32,000 nt of DNA. Source: Candidatus Pacearchaeota archaeon. GTDB lineage: Archaea; Nanobdellota; Nanobdellia; Pacearchaeales; UBA284. Numbering within the stretch: the stretch's first letter is position 1; each line of letters starts with the position of its first letter. Location: assembly GCA_026016245.1 (NCBI GenBank), contig CP061211.1, positions 390,001-422,000 on the forward strand. The letters are read 5' to 3'. Under the pieces are notes generated by a model. That model had not been told where the DNA came from and ran no database searches. It saw nothing but the letters and a program-made list of their open reading frames with translations. A program made the position numbers and the translations under genes. Below are positions 1-7,089 of the stretch, in pieces.

Positions 1-310
1 AAGGAGATGGATCAGGAACTCCATTCATAGCTCTACATTCTGCAGCTTGCTTATTTCTCAAACAAGGTTCTGCCTTGTTTTTTGGTATACAAGTTTGTGG
101 CTTACATTCAGGAATATTACTACAATCATAAGGAGGGCCTGTATAAAACCTTCCTGGACATTCAGTTCTTGTTGTCTGAACACATTGCTGTCCTGTTCCA
201 GTATCAAGACAGCATCCTTCCTGCTCTTGTGCTTGAACTTCTTGTGATGAGACAGTAAATAGTATTATAATCATCAAAATTGTTATGATTATTGCAAATA
301 TTTTTTTCAT
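1..310 (-). CDS. Secreted cysteine-rich protein, C-terminal part cut off by the window edge (absent from the supplied ORF track)
   Basis: ATG at 310..308 (cat on + strand) opens a stop-free frame that runs to position 1. My translation is MKKIFAIIITILMIIILFTVSSQEVQAQEQEGCCLDTGTGQQCVQTTRTECPGRFYTGPPYDCSNIPECKPQTCIPKNKAEPCLRNKQAAECRAMNG..., a Sec-like signal peptide followed by a Cys-dense region. It lies 11 nt downstream of the co-oriented gene 322..1146. Confidence 0.6.
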   Translation of the reverse strand, partial: MKKIFAIIITILMIIILFTVSSQEVQAQEQEGCCLDTGTGQQCVQTTRTECPGRFYTGPPYDCSNIPECKPQTCIPKNKAEPCLRNKQAAECRAMNGVPDPSP

Positions 311-321
311 TTTTTTCTTTT

Positions 322-1146
322 TTATGTTCTGTCTACTGCAAAATTAAATTTATATGGGAATTCTCCTATTCTGTGAGGAACAGATTCTAGTATGAAGACT
401 ATCTGATCTTTGTTGATACTTCGAGCATCTCTGCTAATGTATTGAAGTGTGTAAGGATCATTCCATGTCTCTTCATCCCATTTTAAACCTTCATAATTAC
501 AATCTACTTGAGTTTCACAATCAACAATCCTATTAGCTGTATACCATAAATTTCCTAAAGGAACAGTGAGAGTGGCTGGAATCTGGTTGATTGTCTGCTC
601 AGCTTCTGCCCTCGCTGTCTGCTTGCTTATTTTTATAGGCCAATCAACATTAATCATTATGGAATCGGGATTTATCGTTGCTGTCATCTTTCTTTCTCCA
701 GGTTCAACATTCATATTTCTTTTGAAGGAAGCAAAATTATTAAGGCAAGAATCAATTTCAGCATAACCTTCTCTTTCAAGAAAAAGAGAGAATTGCTCCT
801 CTATCTGGGTTTCACTTGGAAGTTTATTTATTCTTTGTTTTGCAGCATCTTTGTACATAACAACAATATAACTGTTTCCTGCAAAATCTAATCTTTCTAA
901 TCCAGTAGTATCATAATAGCCTGCTTGTAAACCTATCCTCTCAAAAGCAGGATAACTTGTAGCAAGAACACAGTCATAAACAGCATCTCTAAGTGATTCT
1001 GCTTGGCTTGCTAAAAAGGATTCTGTTTGTTGTTGGGACATGAATAAAGTTGAGATAGTGGGCCAGAAAATAAGGCCAAGAACTACAACTGCTATGATGA
1101 CAATGGCGATAATAATGAATAAGGTAACCTGTCCTCTTTTATCCAT
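322..1146 (-). CDS. Hypothetical protein with an archaeal class III (type IV pilin-like) signal peptide
   Basis: ATG start and TAA stop. The N-terminus MDKRGQVTLFIIIAIVIIAVVVLGLIF matches the pattern [KR]-G followed by Q and a long hydrophobic helix, as in prepilin-peptidase (PibD/FlaK-type) substrates. The remainder has no family I recognise. A TATA-like box lies about 25 nt upstream. Confidence 0.6.
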   Translation of the reverse strand: MDKRGQVTLFIIIAIVIIAVVVLGLIFWPTISTLFMSQQQTESFLASQAESLRDAVYDCVLATSYPAFERIGLQAGYYDTTGLERLDFAGNSYIVVMYKDAAKQRINKLPSETQIEEQFSLFLEREGYAEIDSCLNNFASFKRNMNVEPGERKMTATINPDSIMINVDWPIKISKQTARAEAEQTINQIPATLTVPLGNLWYTANRIVDCETQVDCNYEGLKWDEETWNDPYTLQYISRDARSINKDQIVFILESVPHRIGEFPYKFNFAVDRT

Positions 1147-1164
1147 GTTTTAAATAACAAATCT

Positions 1165-1178
1165 GATATTTATAAAGT
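1165..1178 (-). promoter_or_regulatory. TATA-like box for gene 322..1146
   Basis: The + strand reads gatatttataaagt (minus strand contains tttataaa), centred about 25 nt upstream of the ATG at 1146. This fits a leaderless or near-leaderless archaeal transcript. Confidence 0.45.
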
Positions 1179-1214
1179 TTATTCTATTATTCGTTTTTAT
1201 CCCTCTTTTTGAGC

Positions 1215-1952
1215 TTATTCTTCTTCTTCTACTCTCGGTGCAAGAACAAAACTTAACTCTACTCCCTCCTTATTTACAAAATCAAATCTTGCAGGATAAT
1301 CGTTTGAGAAATTAACAATGACTTTATCTGAGAGTTTTGATGCTTTTGCAAATTTGGCAAGATAGTCTAGACTGTATTTTGCTTTTGAATTTTCTTTTGC
1401 TTGAATTTTTATCTCATCACTGTTAAATTCTGTCTTGGCTGAATTTAAGGTTCCTTTTGCCTCTATCAAAAAAAGATCTTCTGAAGCATTTAGAGAGCAA
1501 GAATCAGCGACTATTGAGGCATCATTTATTGATTCTGCGAAACTTTTTGCATCTAATTCTATCTTGGCTGAAAAATTAAGACTTGGAATCTGTTTTTCTT
1601 CTGCTTCTACATTTATAAGAGCAAGACTGAAAGCTCTTTTTGATTTTTCTCTGATTCTTAGCTTGATAGTATTATCTTTTCTCTCTATTATTAGACTTGA
1701 ACTAAATGCAACACGTCTTAATACTTGTTTAAAATCTTCCAGGTTTATACCAAGTTCTTCATCCTTATCTATTTCAAATTGTGAAAAAGCTTTAGCTGGA
1801 ATCTTCAGAGAGATTAGAGCTACATTAGCAGGATCTATTGCTGTTATTTCAAAACCATTTTTGTTTATTTTTGCTTTAACCTCTAAAACTAATTCACTAA
1901 GTAAAGAGATACTATCAGCAAGAAGCTTTGGATTGTCTAATTTGAGTAACAT
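1215..1952 (-). CDS. pcn: DNA polymerase sliding clamp (PCNA)
   Basis: Full-length PCNA-like sequence: MLLKLDNPKLLADSISLLSELVLEVKAKINKNGFEITAIDPANVALISLKIPAKAFSQFEIDKDEELGINLEDFKQVLRRV...YLAKFAKASKLSDKVIVNFSNDYPARFDF, with an acidic tail EEEE. The ORF-track start at 1970 is a TTG lying inside the putative TATA box. I call the ATG at 1952..1950, which gives 245 aa. Confidence 0.93.
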   Translation of the reverse strand: MLLKLDNPKLLADSISLLSELVLEVKAKINKNGFEITAIDPANVALISLKIPAKAFSQFEIDKDEELGINLEDFKQVLRRVAFSSSLIIERKDNTIKLRIREKSKRAFSLALINVEAEEKQIPSLNFSAKIELDAKSFAESINDASIVADSCSLNASEDLFLIEAKGTLNSAKTEFNSDEIKIQAKENSKAKYSLDYLAKFAKASKLSDKVIVNFSNDYPARFDFVNKEGVELSFVLAPRVEEEE

Positions 1953-1969
1953 AAGTGAGTGAGAATTCA

Positions 1970-1984
1970 AAAGTTTTTAAAGTT
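1970..1984 (-). promoter_or_regulatory. TATA-like box for pcn
   Basis: aaagtttttaaagtt on the + strand is centred about 25 nt upstream of the ATG at 1952. It sits in the divergent intergenic region shared with gene 2073..3197. Confidence 0.5.
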
Positions 1985-2030
1985 TGTTGTGCTTCTTATT
2001 GTGTTACTTATGCCTGAGAAAGATATCTTA

Positions 2031-2048
2031 TTTTATAATAAATTTTAA
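2031..2048 (+). promoter_or_regulatory. TATA-like box for gene 2073..3197
   Basis: ttttataataaattttaa lies about 30 nt upstream of the ATG at 2073. Confidence 0.4.
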
Positions 2049-2072
2049 AAAGTAGGGGATATTTTAATTTCA

Positions 2073-3197
2073 ATGACAGAACCATTATCTACTTTCTTGT
2101 TATTGTTTTTCCTTGGTAATTCTAATCACGAACTTGAAGCAAGAGCGCATGTCCCTTTAGTTAATAAAGTCACTGAAATTGCACAGAGTGTACAAGAGAT
2201 AAGTGTACAAGAGAATGCAGGAGAAATAATTTTAAATATGGGCTATAGGCCTTCTCAGTATGGAATTGTTGAGATTCATAGAATTGATACTCAAAAGTCA
2301 TTAGTAATAAGATCTCTAGAAGAATTGAACAAAGTGTATAGAATTTTCTATCCCATTCCTTCTGATAATAAGATAGTAATTGGAGATCTTGATCCAGGAA
2401 TCTATAATTTAGAAGTCAGCCTTTTACAAAAAACTTGGAAAAGTAGGAGGGAGCACTTTAAAATATTTTACAAGTTTGAAGAGGTAGTAGAAGTAGGCTC
2501 AGGAGAAACAAAAAAAACAGATCTTACAAAGAAGAAACTCCAAACATATAGATTAAAATTTGACAGAAAAATTACAACACAAATAATGAAAGAAGACCTC
2601 AGAAGTAGAGTGGGAAAGAAACTGACAGAAATCTCAACAAGAAAAATCTATGAAAGTCAGTTGATTGATGTTGGTGGTGAAGAATATAAAAAAGAATTAA
2701 TTGCGGATGGAGAAAAACTAAATATAGAAGTTTATATTCCTACTTATTCTATTTCTGGTTCAAGAGGCATTGGCTCTGGTAGAGTTAATGAATCAGCTCT
2801 TTTTGAACTAGTCAAAGATAAAGAAGCTGTTAGAATTTTTTTTGAAGTTGATGGAGTAAGCAAAACTAGAAATCTTTACTTATATAATCAATCTTGGAAA
2901 TGGGATCATTTAGGTGGCTATACATATTATCGAAGTTTCTACACTGATATTGAAATAAATCCCTTTACCCTAAAGATTAGTGGGGGTCTAGGTATAGAGG
3001 GGAAAATTGACCATGGAATTTTTAGTACTAATCTGGAATTTAAAAGAGCTAATGGTGCTTTTTCTTTTTTAATAGAACAAGAAAAGAAGGGTAAAGTTAT
3101 AATAAAAAAAGTAAATAATAAATGGATGTTAGGTAAATATTTAGATATCCGAGATGGAGATGTCCTAGATAACAGAAAGTGGTATCTTGATTATTGA
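2073..3197 (+). CDS. Hypothetical protein (374 aa), no recognisable family
   Basis: Long ORF with ATG start and TGA stop, and no competing ORF on the other strand. It has a weakly hydrophobic N-terminus (LSTFLLLFFLG) and sits between pcn and the primase gene. Confidence 0.6.
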   Translation: MTEPLSTFLLLFFLGNSNHELEARAHVPLVNKVTEIAQSVQEISVQENAGEIILNMGYRPSQYGIVEIHRIDTQKSLVIRSLEELNKVYRIFYPIPSDNKIVIGDLDPGIYNLEVSLLQKTWKSRREHFKIFYKFEEVVEVGSGETKKTDLTKKKLQTYRLKFDRKITTQIMKEDLRSRVGKKLTEISTRKIYESQLIDVGGEEYKKELIADGEKLNIEVYIPTYSISGSRGIGSGRVNESALFELVKDKEAVRIFFEVDGVSKTRNLYLYNQSWKWDHLGGYTYYRSFYTDIEINPFTLKISGGLGIEGKIDHGIFSTNLEFKRANGAFSFLIEQEKKGKVIIKKVNNKWMLGKYLDIRDGDVLDNRKWYLDY

Positions 3198-3235
3198 TTT
3201 TTGTTGTTATTTATTGAATGTTTTTTGTCACGAAT

Positions 3236-3249
3236 AATTATTTAAATTT
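3236..3249 (+). promoter_or_regulatory. TATA-like box for the primase gene
   Basis: ttatttaaat is centred about 25 nt upstream of the ATG at 3268, and no Shine-Dalgarno motif lies between them. Confidence 0.45.
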
Positions 3250-3267
3250 TCATTGTTGATTTATTAG

Positions 3268-4680
3268 ATGAACAAATTAGAAAGGCTAAGAAAACGGGCT
3301 TATAGGTATTATTCAAGAAGAGATGTTCAAGCAGCCATAGCTGAGCAAGCAAGAAATAAAGAAACTATTCCATTTTATTTTGATCCAGTTTATTCTGATA
3401 CTTTGGGTAATTTTGGTAAGAGGCCTGATATTATAGAGTATCCGCAAGATGTGGCTAATCTTGCTGCTAAAGGAGCTACTAGTTTTCATGTTTCTGAAGA
3501 GTTATGGAGTAATCCTCTGGAACTTAGCACAGATTTAAGACTAGAGCAGTTGAATAAGTTAAGAAAAGGATGGGATTTGATTCTTGATATTGATTGTAAG
3601 TTTATTGAATATAGCAAGATTGCTGCATGGCTTTTATGTGAGGCTTTATATTTTCATGGTGTTAGAAATTTTGGCTTAAAGTTTAGTGGAGGAAGTGGTT
3701 TTCATATTGGTCTTAAATTCAGGGCTTTTCCTTCTAAGGTTTATGATATAGATATAAAGAACTTTTTTCCAGAAGGTCCTAGAGTGATAGCTTCTTATTT
3801 GAAAGAAATGATTTCCCAGGATCTTGCCAAGAGGCTTTTAGAATTGAGTAGTTTAAAAGATATATCAAAAGCAACTGGCAAACCTATTGAGGCTTTGATT
3901 GATGAAGAAAAGAAATTTAATCCTTTTAGTATTTTAGAGATTGATACAGTATTAATTTCTTCACGGCATCTTTATAGAATGGCCTACTCACTTCATGAAA
4001 AAAAAGGTTTGGCTAGTATTGTTATGAGACCTGAACAAATCAAGGCGTTTCATCCTGCATGGGCTAAGCCAGAGAGAGTTTTTGTTAAACCTTTTATGCC
4101 TGAGCCCAAACAAGAAGAAGCCAAGGAATTACTTGTTCAAGCATTAGATTGGAAAGCACGAAAGGAGGCAAGCAAAGAAAGAGAAAAAATTGAAAAGAAA
4201 AAAAGAACTCCTTTGCCAAAAATCAAGATAGAAAAATTAAATGAAGAAATGTTCCCTCCCTGTATAAAAAATATTCTTCTTGGAATGAAACATGATGGGA
4301 GAAAGAGAGCTTTGTTCATTCTTATTAATTTTTTCAGGTCTCTTGATTTGAGCATTGAAGATATTGAACTAAAAATTAAAAAGTGGAATAAATTAAATTA
4401 TCGCTCTCTGAAAGAGAATTATATAGCCACACAATTACAATGGTTTAAAAAACAAGAACCAAGATTGCCTCCTAACTGTAATTTGAATGCTTATTATCTT
4501 GATTTAGGTGTCTGTCCTGCTGATTCTCCTTCTTCTATCTGCAAAAAGATAAAGAATCCTGTTAACTATGTTTTAAGAAGAGCAAGGATTGCTGAAAGAC
4601 AGAGTAAAGAAGAGAAAGGGAAAAGGAAAAAATGGAAGGGTAGAAGTAAACGAAAGTCTTTTAAATATACGAGATTTTAG
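3268..4680 (+). CDS. priS: Archaeo-eukaryotic DNA primase: PriS catalytic domain fused to a PriL C-terminal Fe-S-like domain
   Basis: The three AEP catalytic motifs are present: WDLILDIDCK (DxD), SGGSGFHIGL (SGxGxH) and IDTVLISSRHLYRMAYSLHEKKG. The C-terminal third carries FPPCIKNILLGMKHDGRKRALFILINFFRSLDLSIEDI plus three further Cys (PPNCNL, LGVCPA, SSICKK), which resembles the PriL-CTD 4Fe-4S ligand set. A lysine-rich tail follows. The stop codon is TAG. Confidence 0.85.
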   Translation: MNKLERLRKRAYRYYSRRDVQAAIAEQARNKETIPFYFDPVYSDTLGNFGKRPDIIEYPQDVANLAAKGATSFHVSEELWSNPLELSTDLRLEQLNKLRKGWDLILDIDCKFIEYSKIAAWLLCEALYFHGVRNFGLKFSGGSGFHIGLKFRAFPSKVYDIDIKNFFPEGPRVIASYLKEMISQDLAKRLLELSSLKDISKATGKPIEALIDEEKKFNPFSILEIDTVLISSRHLYRMAYSLHEKKGLASIVMRPEQIKAFHPAWAKPERVFVKPFMPEPKQEEAKELLVQALDWKARKEASKEREKIEKKKRTPLPKIKIEKLNEEMFPPCIKNILLGMKHDGRKRALFILINFFRSLDLSIEDIELKIKKWNKLNYRSLKENYIATQLQWFKKQEPRLPPNCNLNAYYLDLGVCPADSPSSICKKIKNPVNYVLRRARIAERQSKEEKGKRKKWKGRSKRKSFKYTRF

Positions 4681-4686
4681 AAAAAT

Positions 4687-7041
4687 ATGGTAAAAAAGAG
4701 CGTAGTTTTTTGCATTATTCTTGCCTTGGTTTTTATTTCTAGTTCTTTTGCTTTAGCACAAGAATCTGAAGAAGACAAGGTTGCTGAGGCTTATGATTTT
4801 CTTATTGACAGAGTCAGGGGTAATTGGAATGAATTAAGTATTAAACAGCAGGCATTTTCATTACTTGCTTTAAATTGTAATACTACTTACACAACTCCTG
4901 GTCTTGCTTCATTAAATTCCAAAGCTTTTATTACCTCAGATATCAAGTGTTGGGGGGCTGGTCCTAAACCAAGTTCAGAAACAGGATGTTTGTTGACTGA
5001 AACAGCTCTCAGTAAAATGGTTTTGGATGTATTTGATGAAAATACAACTAAAGTGAAAAATTGGCTTCTTGGACAGAATATGACCCAAACACAAGGCATA
5101 GATTGGATTTTACAGATAGATGTTGAAAGAGGATATAATGCAACTTGTTCTGTAATTTATGCAGGGCAGGATGAAAAACTTGTCTTTAAAGTTAATGATG
5201 ATAAAACTGTTGAGATGTTGAATACAACAGATTGTTTCAAAAGAACTCATCAAAATTATTGGTTTGAAATAGAAAAAACTCCTCAATGTTATAGTAATGT
5301 TTATACATTAAAGTGTTGGAGTGATGCTGAAGTTTATAGAGCATCTCTGCTTTACAAAAAACCTGGAAGTCAGGTCTGGCACGTTTCAAGTGAGACAAAA
5401 AGCGGCCGTCCTGGAGTGCCTGGCTCAACCAGAATAGAGGATCATCCACAGCCTTTAGAATTAAGAATGTCTTCTTTCTGTTTGGCTAATCCATACAATG
5501 TAGGAACTTGTGATTACGAAGGAACTGCATGGACAGCTTATGTTTTATCAAGACAGGGGGATTTTGAAAATGCAAACTTGTTCATTCCTTACCTTGTTGT
5601 TTTTGCTAATGAGAATACTAAATGGTTCCCAGAATCTTTCTTATTCCCTTTAACAAGCCAGATAAGATATTCTGATACTATCGTGAATGCACAGAAAATT
5701 GTTGGCTTAGATAAGGGATACTGGCTTATACAACCTATTATTTACGGAAGAGTTTATGACACTGCTCATGCTGGCCTTGCTTTAGAAGGGGCAGGACAAG
5801 ATGCAATAACAAAAGCTAAGAATTATTTGCTTGCTAATCAAGAAACTAATGGAGATCTTGTGACTAGTGCTTATGGAGAATCTGGAAAGGATTCTATTAG
5901 AGATACTGCTTTTGCTTTGTGGGTTTTCTGGCCTTACCTTTGTCCAGGAATTGGAGGACCTGGAGCATGCGAGGAGTTAGCAGGACATTTCTGTAAAGAG
6001 ATCTGTATTCCCGGAGAAGAAATTGAAATTCCAACATTAACATGTCCTGTTGGTCTAGTTTGTTGTAAAATGATTGGTGCTGGTGTTGAATGTGCAGATG
6101 CTGGCGGAACTTGTAGAGAAGAGTGTGATGTAGAGGAGTTTGAGATATATGAATTGAGTCTAACTTGTCCTGGTTGGCAGTATTGTTGTAAAAAATATGA
6201 AGATGCAGAATGTTCTGAAATACCAGGTGCTGAAAAATGTGAAACAGGTGAGGAGTGTTCTGGTGATGAGGTATATGTCAAGGATGGGCTTTGTTGTCTT
6301 GGTTCCTGTATTGCAAATGTCTCTGAACAATTCTGTATAGATATTGGGGTTGAGTGTGAGATTAATGAGGTATGTATCAGAAGTTTGGATTGGGAACTCT
6401 TAAATTTTATTGCAACAAAAGACACTACAAGATGTTGTACAGATACATGTGTCCAGGATGTAACATGTGATAGTATTGGTGAAGAATGTGGTATTGGTGA
6501 GGAGTGTTCTGGAACTTTTGAAGAGACAAGAGATGTACAAAATTGTTGTGTTGGGATATGTCTTGAATCCTGCTCAAGAAAAGGAGGGGGATATTGTCTT
6601 ATTGACGAGGATTGTACTGGAACATTTGTTGAATCAAGTGAAGGACTTAGATGTTGTATCAATGGTGAGTGTAAAAAACCAACTAGTTTGTGGTGGCTGT
6701 GGCTTATAATAATTTTAATAGCTATTGGAGGTTTCCTATTATATTACTTTAAACTTAGGCCAAAGAAACCAAGGAAAAAGAAAGAAGAATTATTTGGAAT
6801 CAGACCAACAATGCCTCCAAGAAGGCCAGTTATGCCAGCAGCTAGAGCTCCAGTAGGAATGATAGCGAGACCAATGCCAACAGCAACAGTAGCTCGACCA
6901 ATAAGACCAGGAATGGTTGCACCTAAACCAATGGCAAGAGCAAGAGTTCCAGCAGCACCAAAAGCAAAAAAAGCTGGAGGAAAAACAGAATCAGATCTTG
7001 AGAAAACTCTTAAAAAGTTAAAAAAGATGACAAAGAAATAA
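4687..7041 (+). CDS. Secreted, membrane-anchored surface protein: signal peptide, alpha/alpha-toroid-like domain (prenyltransferase/terpene-cyclase-type repeats), six Cys-rich repeats, TM helix, basic Pro/Met/Ala/Arg-rich tail
   Basis: Signal peptide MVKKSVVFCIILALVFISSSFALAQE. QW-like repeat signatures: VKNWLLGQNMTQTQGIDW, GTAWTAYVLSRQGD, AKNYLLANQETNGDL, SIRDTAFALWVF. Cys repeats span 5941..6680 and the TM helix is LWWLWLIIILIAIGGFLLYYF. The gene starts 6 nt after the primase stop codon. Confidence 0.8.
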   Translation: MVKKSVVFCIILALVFISSSFALAQESEEDKVAEAYDFLIDRVRGNWNELSIKQQAFSLLALNCNTTYTTPGLASLNSKAFITSDIKCWGAGPKPSSETGCLLTETALSKMVLDVFDENTTKVKNWLLGQNMTQTQGIDWILQIDVERGYNATCSVIYAGQDEKLVFKVNDDKTVEMLNTTDCFKRTHQNYWFEIEKTPQCYSNVYTLKCWSDAEVYRASLLYKKPGSQVWHVSSETKSGRPGVPGSTRIEDHPQPLELRMSSFCLANPYNVGTCDYEGTAWTAYVLSRQGDFENANLFIPYLVVFANENTKWFPESFLFPLTSQIRYSDTIVNAQKIVGLDKGYWLIQPIIYGRVYDTAHAGLALEGAGQDAITKAKNYLLANQETNGDLVTSAYGESGKDSIRDTAFALWVFWPYLCPGIGGPGACEELAGHFCKEICIPGEEIEIPTLTCPVGLVCCKMIGAGVECADAGGTCREECDVEEFEIYELSLTCPGWQYCCKKYEDAECSEIPGAEKCETGEECSGDEVYVKDGLCCLGSCIANVSEQFCIDIGVECEINEVCIRSLDWELLNFIATKDTTRCCTDTCVQDVTCDSIGEECGIGEECSGTFEETRDVQNCCVGICLESCSRKGGGYCLIDEDCTGTFVESSEGLRCCINGECKKPTSLWWLWLIIILIAIGGFLLYYFKLRPKKPRKKKEELFGIRPTMPPRRPVMPAARAPVGMIARPMPTATVARPIRPGMVAPKPMARARVPAAPKAKKAGGKTESDLEKTLKKLKKMTKK
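5941..6680 (+). repeat. Array of six tandem ~35-42-aa cysteine-rich modules (pattern C..G..C...C..........CC...C) inside gene 4687..7041
   Basis: Read from the translation, with boundaries set by eye: ACEELAGHFCKEICIPG..CPVGLVCCKM / ECADAGGTCREECDVE..CPGWQYCCKK / ECSEIPGAEKCETGEECSGDEVYVKDGLCCLGSC / FCIDIGVECEINEVC...TRCCTDTC / TCDSIGEECGIGEECSGTFEETRDVQNCCVGIC / SCSRKGGGYCLIDEDCTGTFVESSEGLRCCINGEC. Confidence 0.7.
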
Positions 7042-7089
7042 CAAGAAAAAATTTATTAACTCTCTTTTTCTTTTAAAAATAATGAAAAA

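Noticed and set aside
1435-1962. 175-aa + strand ORF lying entirely inside the PCNA gene
   Set aside because: It is antisense to a confidently identified PCNA, starts at TTG and has a low-complexity Ser/Leu/Ile-rich product. It is a typical shadow ORF.
5934-6662. 242-aa minus-strand ORF (Ser/Pro/His/Gln-rich), plus the 80-aa + strand alternative-frame ORF at 6467..6709
   Set aside because: Both overlap the Cys-repeat region of 4687..7041. That frame has a signal peptide, conserved Cys periodicity and a TM anchor. The long antisense frame is explained by the repetitive GAA/TGT-rich codon usage, which avoids stops on the opposite strand.
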